The notes beneath the pieces were generated by a model that did not search any database, was not told where the DNA came from, and saw only the letters and a program-made list of their open reading frames with translations. A stretch of DNA of 28,090 nucleotides from a virus (Duplodnaviria > Caudoviricetes), in IMG/VR virus record IMGVR_UViG_3300030708_000834, positions 1 through 28,090 of that record, one strand, 5' to 3'. Numbering within the stretch: position 1 is the stretch's first letter; each line of letters opens with the position of its first letter. This document shows, in pieces, positions 10,358 to 19,764 of this stretch. The position numbers were made by a program, and so were the translations under genes.

Positions 10358-11089
10358 CTATAGTCTTGACCGCTTAAGTTTTCTTTGAACTCTTTCACGT
10401 TCAGCGGGGTCTTTTTGGTAAAGCTTAGTGTTAATATCAGCAGTTAGCTGAGCCCAACTTTCATAAACATCACCAGCCTCAGACCCTGAGACTCCATCAA
10501 GCAGTTGTGGCTCACCAGATGAGTACATGCTCTTTAAAGCTTCTATAGCCATTTGAGCTTTGTTCTTATCCATTGAAGCTACTGCTTCGTCAAACTGTTG
10601 AGCAAACGCATCGTCTACTCCACCTTGACTTGCCCAATTAATTAGATTATCATAATCTTCTTTTGAGCCTGCCATTTCTACTACGCTTGATTTCCATTGG
10701 TCTACTAATGCTTGTTGACCTGCAACATAAGCATCAATCATAGGTTTACCAAAACCTAATTCTTCTAGTTCTTTATAACTATCTTCTGATAATTCACCTT
10801 TATTCGCATACTCTTCTGAATACTTATCAAAGTTAAAATTACCTTCTTCACTAACAGTAGGAGTAGGTTCTACTTCTTTACTTCCTAATTTAGTTTCTAA
10901 TTCTTGATAAGCTTTTACAAGGTCTTCTTGTGATTCAAACTTACCTAGAATTTTTTCTTGTGGTTCTTCTTTAGGTGTTTCAGGTGCAGTTTCTCCCATA
11001 GGAATATTAACACCATTTGGTATAGGTGTTGCTCCTTGTGGTTCTGAAACTCCTGTTACTACCTCCTCGCTTAATTTTTCTTCGCTCAT
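10358..11089 (-). CDS. Capsid scaffolding protein (gp9)
   Basis: Acidic 243 aa protein with GKFESQEDLVKAYQELETKLG, GELSEDSY.ELE and YQKDPAERERVQRKL; lies between portal and capsid. Confidence 0.92.
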   Translation of the reverse strand: MSEEKLSEEVVTGVSEPQGATPIPNGVNIPMGETAPETPKEEPQEKILGKFESQEDLVKAYQELETKLGSKEVEPTPTVSEEGNFNFDKYSEEYANKGELSEDSYKELEELGFGKPMIDAYVAGQQALVDQWKSSVVEMAGSKEDYDNLINWASQGGVDDAFAQQFDEAVASMDKNKAQMAIEALKSMYSSGEPQLLDGVSGSEAGDVYESWAQLTADINTKLYQKDPAERERVQRKLKRSRL

Positions 11090-11092
11090 ATA

Positions 11093-12697
11093 TTACTCTT
11101 CTTCCTTAATTAATTCACCTGCTATTTTACTTGCAGCTCCAGCAGAGCCTTGAACAGCAGCTTGTTGTTGCATCATAGCTTGTTGTTGTTGCATAGCAGC
11201 TTGTTGTTCTTGTTGTAATTGTTCTTCTGTCTTAATCAATCCAGCCATTTCAACACCTTGAGATACTCCTATTCGAGTAATTAAGTCAGGCATATTTATA
11301 AATGAGCCAGCTTGTAAATTCATTACATCTCCAACAAATTGTCTTAGTTTACCATAATCATGTCCTCTACCTAATGCTTCTAGTCCTGCTATAATAGTAG
11401 GTTCTACTGAACCAGTTGGTAATGCAGGTAATCTATTTTGTGAAGCATACCTAGCCATCAATGCTTTTATTAAAGGTAACTGTAAAGTCTGTGAAAGTAC
11501 AGAATATTCTCCACCTAAATTGTCTTCTAAATCTGCTGCTACATATCTAATTTCTTCAGCAGTTACACGTTCTGCATTTCTTCGTACTGCTACATTTAAT
11601 AAGAACGCATGAGATAAAGCTTCTTCTAATCCTACTTTAGTTTGATAAGCAACTTGAAAGTCATTTTGTTTTTGTACTTGTAATGTATTAACGTCTTGAA
11701 TATTACCTACTACAAAATCTCCAGATTCTTTTCTAGCTAAATCTCTTACTTTTGTAGTACCATTAGGATTAACCATAAATAAAATCTTAGAAGATACTGC
11801 TGCCATTTGTACAATAGATTTAGATATAGCTTCTAATGAATTTAAATCACCAAGATATTCTTCTACTAAACCTCTACCATAATGTTCTCCTGCAATAGAA
11901 GACCAACGTACAGGAATCCAAGGCATATCTTCAGCTTTATATTCTCCTTCTGTTCCAGTAATAACAGTACCATTCTTAAGTTCTTGCCAACCCTCATAGG
12001 TATCTTTATCTTTTCTAAGAACATAAGTAAATATACTTACTTCTGTTTTCTCTTGGTCTTTTTTACTAAGACTATTAAAAGCTTCTTCTGGTAAAGCTTT
12101 AGGAGATAGAGTTTCACATACAATCCATCTAATAGGATTTCCAGAATAGTCTCTTTCTATAACAAATTTTTCTATTGAATAAACTTTTACATCCCCTTTT
12201 TTAGGGACAAATAATAAAGCATTACCTGTAGCAATACATAGTTTTAATGTATCAAACATAGGAACTCGTAACGAATCTTTCTCTGCTTCTTTAATTAATA
12301 TACGCTCATATCTAGTCATAGCTTCTTCTAAACTAGATAAGAAAGATTTACCTTTTGCTAGTCCTAATTGACTTGCTTGGTTTTGTAATTCTAAAGCTTC
12401 TTTGTCTGATAGAGATAATTTAAAGAAAGGAGTGTTAGGAGGAAACAAAGCTAGTAGTAATTTAGAAGCTAAAGTATTAACACCTCTTGCTCCTAAAGAC
12501 TGGAAAGGAGTAGTTAATACATCTGATTCATTTGAATAATCGGGAGTTAATAAAGCAGGTAATGTTAACTGACAACATCTTCGTGCTCTTTCTAATATGT
12601 TATGTCTTTTTCCAGACATAGTAGCATAATGTTTAGCAGCTTTACCTTTGTGGTTGCTAACATCTTCGACTGGTATTGTTGCGTTTCTCTTATACAT
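11093..12697 (-). CDS. Head-to-tail connector / portal protein (gp8)
   Basis: PFQSLGARGVNTLASKLLLALFP, GEHYGRGLVEEYLGDL and RNAERVTAEEIR motifs. Confidence 0.96.
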   Translation of the reverse strand: MYKRNATIPVEDVSNHKGKAAKHYATMSGKRHNILERARRCCQLTLPALLTPDYSNESDVLTTPFQSLGARGVNTLASKLLLALFPPNTPFFKLSLSDKEALELQNQASQLGLAKGKSFLSSLEEAMTRYERILIKEAEKDSLRVPMFDTLKLCIATGNALLFVPKKGDVKVYSIEKFVIERDYSGNPIRWIVCETLSPKALPEEAFNSLSKKDQEKTEVSIFTYVLRKDKDTYEGWQELKNGTVITGTEGEYKAEDMPWIPVRWSSIAGEHYGRGLVEEYLGDLNSLEAISKSIVQMAAVSSKILFMVNPNGTTKVRDLARKESGDFVVGNIQDVNTLQVQKQNDFQVAYQTKVGLEEALSHAFLLNVAVRRNAERVTAEEIRYVAADLEDNLGGEYSVLSQTLQLPLIKALMARYASQNRLPALPTGSVEPTIIAGLEALGRGHDYGKLRQFVGDVMNLQAGSFINMPDLITRIGVSQGVEMAGLIKTEEQLQQEQQAAMQQQQAMMQQQAAVQGSAGAASKIAGELIKEEE

Positions 12698-12954
12698 TAG
12701 TACTGCATTCCTGTTGAATTGTTTATTTGTAACATTCCCATATTAGTATTCTTAGGTTTTATTTGTGGGACGTTTCTTTCGCTTCTAGTTGTACTAGTAA
12801 ATCCTAATTGTCGTATACCCATTCCAGATTGTTGTTGTTGTAGAGGACTATTTTGTCCTATCTGCAAATCTCCTAAACCAATAAAATCTATATTAGGCAT
12901 AATATCTGAACCTACTTGGTCAGTAATTCTTGCCTTATTCATCTTAGTACACAT
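12697..12954 (-). CDS. Small virion assembly protein (gp6.7/gp7.3-like by position)
   Basis: 85 aa with an MC- N-terminus, immediately upstream of and translationally coupled to the portal gene. Confidence 0.5.
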   Translation of the reverse strand: MCTKMNKARITDQVGSDIMPNIDFIGLGDLQIGQNSPLQQQQSGMGIRQLGFTSTTRSERNVPQIKPKNTNMGMLQINNSTGMQY

Positions 12955-13159
12955 CTTCTTCTTCCTTTTTAAGTTTGTTTTTTAAGAAGTTTACGACTTC
13001 TTGTTTACCTACTTCTATCCATATTTCTCTATCAGGTGTGTTTTTATTAGGTAAGGTAGGAGGATGTACTACTTCTAGTAAATCAACTACGTCTTTTAAA
13101 TTCCTAGGGAAAAATTCAGCTAGTTGTTCTGCCGATAATTCTTTTAATTTTTCATTCAT
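12944..13159 (-). CDS. Hypothetical phage protein
   Basis: 71 aa with DREIWIEVGKQEVVNFLK, resembling small proteins found upstream of the portal in T7-like phages; overlaps the next gene. Confidence 0.6.
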   Translation of the reverse strand: MNEKLKELSAEQLAEFFPRNLKDVVDLLEVVHPPTLPNKNTPDREIWIEVGKQEVVNFLKNKLKKEEEDVY

Positions 13160-13162
13160 AAT

Positions 13163-13196
13163 AAATAAAACCCTCTTAAGATAGTCCTAAGAGGGT
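13163..13196 (-). terminator. Hairpin followed by a T-rich tract at the replication/structural module boundary (terminator or processing site)
   Basis: Minus strand reads ACCCTCTTAG-GACTAT-CTTAAGAGGGT-TTTATTT. Confidence 0.6.
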
Positions 13197-13253
13197 AGAT
13201 TAAACTAATAAAGGAGGATAGTTTACGGGATTATTTCCCTATTAGGGAGCATG

Positions 13254-14030
13254 TTAAATCCAATAATCTATTTCTTTTGTAGTAAAATCGTATTCCTTTC
13301 CTCTTAATATTCGTACTGCTCTAGTGTTTGATACTAAATATTTGTTAATAAAATTATCACTAGCATCTTCATCAATATATTTTCGGTATTGTTCTTGGTA
13401 TATTTCTTTTATTGTTTCCCAAATTTCTTCATCCGACAACTGGTCTTCAATACACTTATCCAAAATTTTAACAGCTTTAACCTTACCAATTTTAGGAGCA
13501 CCTTTAATATTATCAGTTGAGTCTCCCATAAGTACTTGAGAGTAGAAGAAGTGTCTTGCTTGTAGTTCGTCGATTTCATATATTTCCTTTTTATTCCAAT
13601 TAAAGTGCATGCCTTCTATTTGGTCTAAGTCTTTATCTATTGTACATATTATACTATTACTATCTTGAAGTAGACCCATTAAATCATCAGCTTCTAATTT
13701 ACTTTCTGTTTTAGCATCCCAAGATTTAGTCATATATTTTTTTAATACATCTACTAAAGTAGGAACAGTAGAAGCATTTCTATTATCTTTATAACCTTCT
13801 AGTTCATTGTATCTAAAGTTATCTTTACCCGATAAGCAAACAACTGCTTTGTCTGCTCCAGTAGTATCAAGAATCCATTGGATAAAGTTATCAACATCTA
13901 CCATAGCTTCTTCTGCTTTAGCTATAGTAATGATACTAGGTTCTCCTTCATCACCAAAGTCAATATCAAATTCATTAATGAAAGCAAATCTGTATGCTAT
14001 AATGTCTCCGTCTATTAATGCTGTTTTCAT
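13254..14030 (-). CDS. 5'-3' exonuclease (gp6-like)
   Basis: ALIDGDIIAY, NFR..YKDNR, LEADDLMG, IDKDLDQIEG and GDSTDNIKGAPKIGKVKA motifs. Start placed at 14030 (ATGA overlap). Confidence 0.93.
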   Translation of the reverse strand: MKTALIDGDIIAYRFAFINEFDIDFGDEGEPSIITIAKAEEAMVDVDNFIQWILDTTGADKAVVCLSGKDNFRYNELEGYKDNRNASTVPTLVDVLKKYMTKSWDAKTESKLEADDLMGLLQDSNSIICTIDKDLDQIEGMHFNWNKKEIYEIDELQARHFFYSQVLMGDSTDNIKGAPKIGKVKAVKILDKCIEDQLSDEEIWETIKEIYQEQYRKYIDEDASDNFINKYLVSNTRAVRILRGKEYDFTTKEIDYWI

Positions 14031-14500
14031 TTTGTTTCCTTGTAATATACTAACCAATGTGTCTTGCCTCCTTTACCACTTCGGTTTCCAAATAAAGGTT
14101 GCTGACTAAATATCTTAACAACGTCTGCTACTTTAACAGATTGTTCTCCCCACTTAAAGATTAAAGTGCCACCCTTTTTTAGTACTCGCCAACACTCTTC
14201 AAATCCTTGTGATAAATACTCTTCCCAATTATCCATTTCTAATGAGCCATACTTAATACCCATAACAGAGTTAACTACAAACTTTCTGAAAGGTGGGTCA
14301 AAGACTACTAAGTTAAAGCTTTCATCATCAAACTTTAAATCTCTAAAGTCCATAATCATATCGGGTTGAACTTTAAAGTTAGGTCTTACTTCTAAAATAC
14401 CTTCATCTGCTTTTCGTATGTCTAAGTATAAAGCGTTATCATAAGCTTTGTTAAACCAAAACTGTCTACCGCCACAACAAACATCTAATACTTCTTTCAT
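14027..14500 (-). CDS. Small class I SAM-dependent methyltransferase (putative N6-adenine/N4-cytosine DNA MTase)
   Basis: Motif I VLDVCCGGR, motif IV-like VVFDPPF, and ECWRVLKKGGTLIFKW. Confidence 0.78.
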   Translation of the reverse strand: MKEVLDVCCGGRQFWFNKAYDNALYLDIRKADEGILEVRPNFKVQPDMIMDFRDLKFDDESFNLVVFDPPFRKFVVNSVMGIKYGSLEMDNWEEYLSQGFEECWRVLKKGGTLIFKWGEQSVKVADVVKIFSQQPLFGNRSGKGGKTHWLVYYKETK

Positions 14501-14583
14501 AATATTAACTCCATAAGTAAAGCAAATAAAATTGTTGCCATCATTATTATATAGACTTTAAACATAATATCATATTTATTCAT
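14497..14583 (-). CDS. 28 aa hydrophobic peptide
   Basis: MNKYDIMFKVYIIMMATILFALLMELIL, below the ORF-track cutoff. It fills the gap exactly, with TAATG and ATGA overlaps at its two ends. Confidence 0.6.
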   Translation of the reverse strand: MNKYDIMFKVYIIMMATILFALLMELIL

Positions 14584-14795
14584 TAGTCATCTCGTCTTAT
14601 GTCTCTTCTTATTTCACGCTCAAGTCTATTTAATATCTCTTGCATAAAAGTAACCAAGTCTCTACGTTTAGATATTTTATGTGTAAATGAATTAGCGATT
14701 TCTTTTAGTAAAGCTCTCACTGCTCTTATCCAAATTAATCTTTTTCTAATTCTAACTTTTGCAGGATTAATAATTTTCTTCTTCAGTGTCGTCAT
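14583..14795 (-). CDS. Basic hypothetical protein (~70 aa)
   Basis: GGAGG RBS before ATG 14795; Lys/Arg-rich and helical; coupled to the downstream peptide. Confidence 0.55.
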   Translation of the reverse strand: MTTLKKKIINPAKVRIRKRLIWIRAVRALLKEIANSFTHKISKRRDLVTFMQEILNRLEREIRRDIRRDD

Positions 14796-14985
14796 CTTCG
14801 CCTCCATCTATATGTATAGTTCTAGTAAAATGTGCACCACAGTAAGGACAATAAGTAGGGTCATTTATACCCGACATCATCTCTACTATAAAGAAAAAGT
14901 TCTTACAACTAGTACACTCTAAATAAGATAAGTCTTCCATTTTTGGAATATATATCTCATCTTCATTTCTTTCATCGTCTGCCAT
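14767..14985 (-). CDS. Acidic zinc-ribbon protein (~72 aa)
   Basis: CTSC...CPYC pairs; GAGGA RBS before ATG 14985, just after the polymerase stop. Confidence 0.65.
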   Translation of the reverse strand: MADDERNEDEIYIPKMEDLSYLECTSCKNFFFIVEMMSGINDPTYCPYCGAHFTRTIHIDGGEDDDTEEENY

Positions 14986-14995
14986 AGCTTCCTCA

Positions 14996-16750
14996 TTAAT
15001 GGGTCTCCGCCCAGTTGTTTCCAACTTTATACTCTCCATCTAATGGACATAGAAAGTTGAAGTCCTTACCCGCTTGTCTTATAGCTTCTACTGCATGTCG
15101 TCCTACAGTATCAGCATTATTAGCAGGAACATCTATTTGCCACTCGTCATGTATGTTACCAACAAACTCTGCATTGTTTTCATACACGTGAGGGGCTAGA
15201 TTATGTAATGCTTGTTTCATAACTATAGCACCTGCTGATTGTAGTAAGGTATTGAGAGCACTATGTGCTGACCTAATTGGTATTCTTCTTTTATCTAAGC
15301 CATACAAGAAACCTCTTGTACTAGCTTCTCTTACTTTTGTTTGTAGTTCTTTTAATGCAGGTAACTTTTCTAAGAAAGATTCTTTCATAGCATTAGCTTT
15401 ATAACTACTACAATCAAGAATAAGTCCTAGCTTCTCTGCACCTGCACCATATAAGAAAGCGTAAATCCAAGTCTTGGCTACGTTTCTATCTGTTATACCT
15501 AAAGCTTCCATATTAGTAGTATGTACATCTCCATGAACAACTACATCTGCATACTGTCCATCATCATACTTACCCATGTAATGAGCCAAACATCTTAACT
15601 CTAAACCACTAGCATCACAACCTACTAGTTTGTTATTATTACTAGCCTTGAATAGAGTTCTACACTCCTTACCATAAGGACTATAGCAAGCAGGGACTTG
15701 ACTCATGTTTGGTTTTCTATGAGTCATACGTCCAGTAACTGCACCCACAGTATCTACTGCTCCATGTATACGCTCTTTTCTAGACATCTTAAGCCAAGCA
15801 TTCTTACCTTCACCTACCATGCCTAGTATCTTTTGTATTATAAAATACTCCCCGAGTTTTTGAGCACCTTCATATTTAAGGTTAGCTAGTATACCTTCAT
15901 TAATTTTAGGTATACCAGTTTCAGTATACTCTTCGGGTTTCCAATTATATTGTTCTTGTAATCCTCTTGCTATATGTTGTCTACTTCCACAGTTAAAAGT
16001 AGTCAGCTTCTTTTTAATAAAAGGAACTCCAGCTTCGTAACCTCTAGCTTTATTATTTACTTTAGGAATAAAGACTTCTTCATCTACAAAGTCTGGAAAG
16101 AATTGTTTTACTTCTTCTTCTATTGTTAACTTTTTAATTAACAAAGATTTATATAACTTGTCTGCTTCTCTTTGATTGAATGACCAACCATTAAATGTTT
16201 GTCTAGTAATTATCTTTCTAACACTATGTTCTAAATCTAATGCTTCTTTAGATACTTCTTTCTCTTGTATCTTTTTATATAGTGTCTTTGTTACTACTAC
16301 ATCTTGTTCACAATACTCTACCATCTCCTCAGTAAGTACTGACCAATCAGATTGAAAGTGTTGCTTGTGTTCGCCAAGACGTAAACCAAAAGCTTCAAGA
16401 CTATATGCACCTATAAGATTATTAGGAAGTGTGCCTGCTTTTACTCTCCATATATCAGAGTCTTTTATATCGGGGAAAGCTAGCTTGGAAGCAACTAAAG
16501 TATCATACACTTTACTGTAGTCAAACTTCCAACCTAATACTTTTTCCAAAACCAAGCAATCGTAATCAATAACATTATGACCAATCCATAAAGTAATGTT
16601 TTTAAAAACAGTATCATAAAAGTTATCAAACTGTTCCTCCGTTCTAAGTATCCATTTTCTATCCGAGTCAATATCAATAGCTACAATACAATGTATTTTA
16701 TCTACATCTAGTTGTAATCCATTTGTCTCTATATCAAATGCTACTCTCAT
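14996..16750 (-). CDS. DNA polymerase family A (gp5-like) with 3'-5' exonuclease
   Basis: FDIETNG (ExoI), GHNVIDYD, YCEQDV, DASGLELRCLAHY (motif A), RNVAKTWIYAFLYG (motif B) and IHDEWQ (motif C). Confidence 0.97.
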   Translation of the reverse strand: MRVAFDIETNGLQLDVDKIHCIVAIDIDSDRKWILRTEEQFDNFYDTVFKNITLWIGHNVIDYDCLVLEKVLGWKFDYSKVYDTLVASKLAFPDIKDSDIWRVKAGTLPNNLIGAYSLEAFGLRLGEHKQHFQSDWSVLTEEMVEYCEQDVVVTKTLYKKIQEKEVSKEALDLEHSVRKIITRQTFNGWSFNQREADKLYKSLLIKKLTIEEEVKQFFPDFVDEEVFIPKVNNKARGYEAGVPFIKKKLTTFNCGSRQHIARGLQEQYNWKPEEYTETGIPKINEGILANLKYEGAQKLGEYFIIQKILGMVGEGKNAWLKMSRKERIHGAVDTVGAVTGRMTHRKPNMSQVPACYSPYGKECRTLFKASNNNKLVGCDASGLELRCLAHYMGKYDDGQYADVVVHGDVHTTNMEALGITDRNVAKTWIYAFLYGAGAEKLGLILDCSSYKANAMKESFLEKLPALKELQTKVREASTRGFLYGLDKRRIPIRSAHSALNTLLQSAGAIVMKQALHNLAPHVYENNAEFVGNIHDEWQIDVPANNADTVGRHAVEAIRQAGKDFNFLCPLDGEYKVGNNWAETH

Positions 16751-18350
16751 TATAATCCTTTAGCCCTAACTTATCGAAGTCATCTTGCCAACTAGGAAGT
16801 AACCTACCAGTCTCTTTATTAAATGTCAACTTATCAGCAACACCAACTTCTCCAGTAGTACGATTCTTTAGTACTCGAAGTCTTGCAAGGTTACCATACT
16901 CAGCATGTTGTTGGTTTCTTTCTATTGCTATTACTGCATCTGATAATTGTTCTAATGAACCCGAGCCACGTAAGTCACGAAGACTAATCTGTCCTCCTTC
17001 ATTAGCATTATTACCCGACCTATTAATATGTACTACACACAACAGACACGCTCCAGTTTCTTCAGCTAAACTTCTTAAGTCTGTCATTAACCTATCAATA
17101 GCTTTACGTTCATCTCCAATAGGCATACCACTAATAACAATACTTAAGTGGTCAAGTATAATATATTTACAACCTAAAGATACAATCATAAATCTTATCT
17201 TGCTCATTAAGTTATCACTATCAAGTGAACCGAAGTGGTCATACAAATGAAACTTATCATTGTTAATAGTAGCTTCATAAGCATCACGAAGTAAATCATT
17301 ATCTACTGGGTCTAGTTCTAATCTTTTATTTAGATACAAACTAGGATAACGAAGTGCAGTCTTTTGTGTACTGTCTTCTAATGCAACAACTCCTAAAGGA
17401 ACTTTGTGGTGTTGTATTATATGATAACCAATCTCATGTACAAAGGTTGACTTACCTGCTCCCGAGCCTGCAGTAAACATATATACTCCCTTTTGTAATC
17501 CTCGTAACATATGGTTTAGTTCGGGGTAAGGAATAGATATGCCATCTTCTACTGGAGTAGAAACATAAGACCATAGTTCTTCACCAGACAAAATGCCATC
17601 GGGTCTGTACTGTCTAGCTTGAAAGATAGAAGCAACTAGTACTGCAGCTTTACCATTCACTAGCATATCGTTAGCATCTTTATATCCATCAGAATATTGC
17701 ATGACTCTTATCTTTCCACACGATATTAGATTGACTGCTTCTTGTACTGCTTGTCTACCCGCCTCATCATTATCAAAAGCTAATACAATATCATCAAATG
17801 ATTCTATAAACTCTAGATTCTTTTTGATATACTTACCAACAGATGATGCACCATTAGGAATAGAAACTACTGCCCACTTATTATTAAAGACTTGACTGAT
17901 AGACATAGCATCAATCTCTCCTTCTGTAATAATAAGTCTAGGGTTTTCTCCTTGAGGTGTCCAAAGGTGTTGACCAAATAATTCTATGTCATCGGGTTCT
18001 CCAGTCCAAGGGAATTGCTTGTCGGGTGTTCTGATATGTTGTGCTACTTCACTTCCATTTTTATAGTAAGATGCTACATGACAAGGATGACCTTTCCATG
18101 TTCCTACTTTATAATTAAACTTTCTGCAGGTTTCTTCTGTAATGTTACGTTTAGTTAACGCTTGATATTTACCTTCAATTAAGTCTAATCTTTTTGGTTC
18201 TTGTACTTCCATATTTTTATTATCCTCTTTCGTATAAGTCTTGCATGAGAAACAATATGTACCATTAGAATATATAGCAAGAGCATCACTACTTCCACAG
18301 TCACTACAAGGCAAATGTGTTTGTATTGCTCCTCCATTACATTCCATCAT
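16734..18350 (-). CDS. Primase-helicase (gp4-like)
   Basis: Zn finger CSDCGSSDA..CFSC, TOPRIM ITEGEIDAMS..FDNDEAG, Walker A AGSGAGKST, ILDHLS and DLRGSGSLEQLSD. Confidence 0.97.
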   Translation of the reverse strand: MMECNGGAIQTHLPCSDCGSSDALAIYSNGTYCFSCKTYTKEDNKNMEVQEPKRLDLIEGKYQALTKRNITEETCRKFNYKVGTWKGHPCHVASYYKNGSEVAQHIRTPDKQFPWTGEPDDIELFGQHLWTPQGENPRLIITEGEIDAMSISQVFNNKWAVVSIPNGASSVGKYIKKNLEFIESFDDIVLAFDNDEAGRQAVQEAVNLISCGKIRVMQYSDGYKDANDMLVNGKAAVLVASIFQARQYRPDGILSGEELWSYVSTPVEDGISIPYPELNHMLRGLQKGVYMFTAGSGAGKSTFVHEIGYHIIQHHKVPLGVVALEDSTQKTALRYPSLYLNKRLELDPVDNDLLRDAYEATINNDKFHLYDHFGSLDSDNLMSKIRFMIVSLGCKYIILDHLSIVISGMPIGDERKAIDRLMTDLRSLAEETGACLLCVVHINRSGNNANEGGQISLRDLRGSGSLEQLSDAVIAIERNQQHAEYGNLARLRVLKNRTTGEVGVADKLTFNKETGRLLPSWQDDFDKLGLKDYNESSI

Positions 18351-18744
18351 ATGTTTCCTCCATCTTATTTAGTTCTTTAGAAGTAGGTGCTTCGTCAGTA
18401 TTTAGTATTTTAGTTTCAGTTGTTTCATGAGCAAGTATATTAAACATGACTGCTGACGCATGGTCTTCATCATTTGCTCCACTCAACCATTGTACTAAAT
18501 GTCTGAACGCAGATTCTTTATATCTTTCTAATTCTTCTTCTGAGTTTGCTTGTTCCCAATTACGAGGTGTATACTTCTCTCCTCCTCTTGTCAGTAACTC
18601 TGCAAACCTAGTAAGCATTTGTTCTTCGTATCTAATACCTTTTGGAATAAGAAGATTAAAGTTAGGTTTGTTCTTACTTGTATCTCTGACCATACCCGAT
18701 TTAAATTGTATATGCTCCCCACTATCCTTAGTTTCATAATCCAT
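18337..18744 (-). CDS. DUF5664-like dATP/dGTP diphosphohydrolase domain protein
   Basis: KPNFNLL, GGEKYTPRNWEQ, SAFRHL..W and DEDHASAVMFN pattern; AAGGAG RBS before ATG 18744. Confidence 0.72.
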   Translation of the reverse strand: MDYETKDSGEHIQFKSGMVRDTSKNKPNFNLLIPKGIRYEEQMLTRFAELLTRGGEKYTPRNWEQANSEEELERYKESAFRHLVQWLSGANDEDHASAVMFNILAHETTETKILNTDEAPTSKELNKMEETYDGM

Positions 18745-18746
18745 AA

Positions 18747-19172
18747 TCACTCCTTTAACCACTCATCGGGCATAGTAGTTTCGGCATATTTAAATCCATG
18801 TCTTTCACACCATTCCCCATAAGTAGTTTTGCTACGTTTACTTAATCGTTGTTTAACTTTACTAAATACGAAACGAATGTCAAGGTCTGGGTATTGTCTT
18901 TTAATTAATAAATGTTTAACTCTATCTGATGAAACAAATCTACCTTTGGTTTCTATTATAATAGTTTTACCCGACTTAGTCTTAACAATAAAGTCGGGAG
19001 TATATCTATGATTAGATTCGGGTTTTACATAAGTAATTACTTTTGACTCATAACCATAATCGACATTCTTTTCGTCTAGGTCTTTTGCAAAAGAATGCTC
19101 CAAGCCCGAGCGATAACCATGCCTCAGACTTGGGTCATTTCTTTTAAACCTCTTTGGTTTCTTAGAAGTCAT
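18747..19172 (-). CDS. Endonuclease I / Holliday junction resolvase (gp3-like)
   Basis: GYRSGLE, YTPDF, IIETKGRF, DIRFVF and TTYGEWCERHGF motifs. Start placed at 19172 to avoid a long overlap with the ssDNA-binding protein gene. Confidence 0.95.
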   Translation of the reverse strand: MTSKKPKRFKRNDPSLRHGYRSGLEHSFAKDLDEKNVDYGYESKVITYVKPESNHRYTPDFIVKTKSGKTIIIETKGRFVSSDRVKHLLIKRQYPDLDIRFVFSKVKQRLSKRSKTTYGEWCERHGFKYAETTMPDEWLKE

Positions 19173-19764
19173 CGGGGTTGCTTTCAACTGCTGAGATTTT
19201 TTCTTCAGCAATCGCAGTACTAACGAATCCTTCTTCTTCTGCAAAGTCAGATACGTCTACCCCTTTCAATTCAATTACTTGAACTGCTGATAAGAAACAA
19301 GATACACCATAAGCATTAGCAGATGGCATGTAATATGGACGTGCGTTAAACGCAACTTTTAGTTTAGAACCACTACCAACTATTTCGCTAACAGTATTTC
19401 TTTTAGTGTCAACTATGGTAGGCTTACGCTCTCTTACTTCTCCATCTCGTGTAGTATACTTAGCAGTCATCTTGAATTTAAATTCAATGTTGCCAGTTTC
19501 TACACCATTGTCATCATACTCTCTAGTGTATGGTTTGTTAATACTTAAACTATCCCTCTTCTGAGGTTTAGCAGTTTCTAGTGCTTGCGTCTTTGCAAGT
19601 TCTAGTTGTTCATCTAATGTAGTCATCAATGGACTAGCATCTTTTTCTGACATAACGAGGCTAACATTGTACACCCCATTAGGGTCGAACTTTGTTTGCG
19701 GTTCGTTAATGAACACGTATTTACCTACACCCACTGGTGTAACTAATCGAACTATGTTGCTCAT
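19162..19764 (-). CDS. Single-stranded DNA-binding protein (gp2.5-like)
   Basis: TPVG..Y..INEP.TKF...G.Y, GSGSKLKV and GVSCFLSAVQVIEL motifs; acidic tail ending in Phe (ESNPDDF). Confidence 0.93.
   Translation of the reverse strand: MSNIVRLVTPVGVGKYVFINEPQTKFDPNGVYNVSLVMSEKDASPLMTTLDEQLELAKTQALETAKPQKRDSLSINKPYTREYDDNGVETGNIEFKFKMTAKYTTRDGEVRERKPTIVDTKRNTVSEIVGSGSKLKVAFNARPYYMPSANAYGVSCFLSAVQVIELKGVDVSDFAEEEGFVSTAIAEEKISAVESNPDDF

Noticed and set aside
11161-11225. CAA-rich repeats at the portal 3' end (and 12828-12841)
   Set aside because: These encode the ordinary Gln-rich C-terminal tail of T7-like portal proteins and a short Gln run in the adjacent gene.
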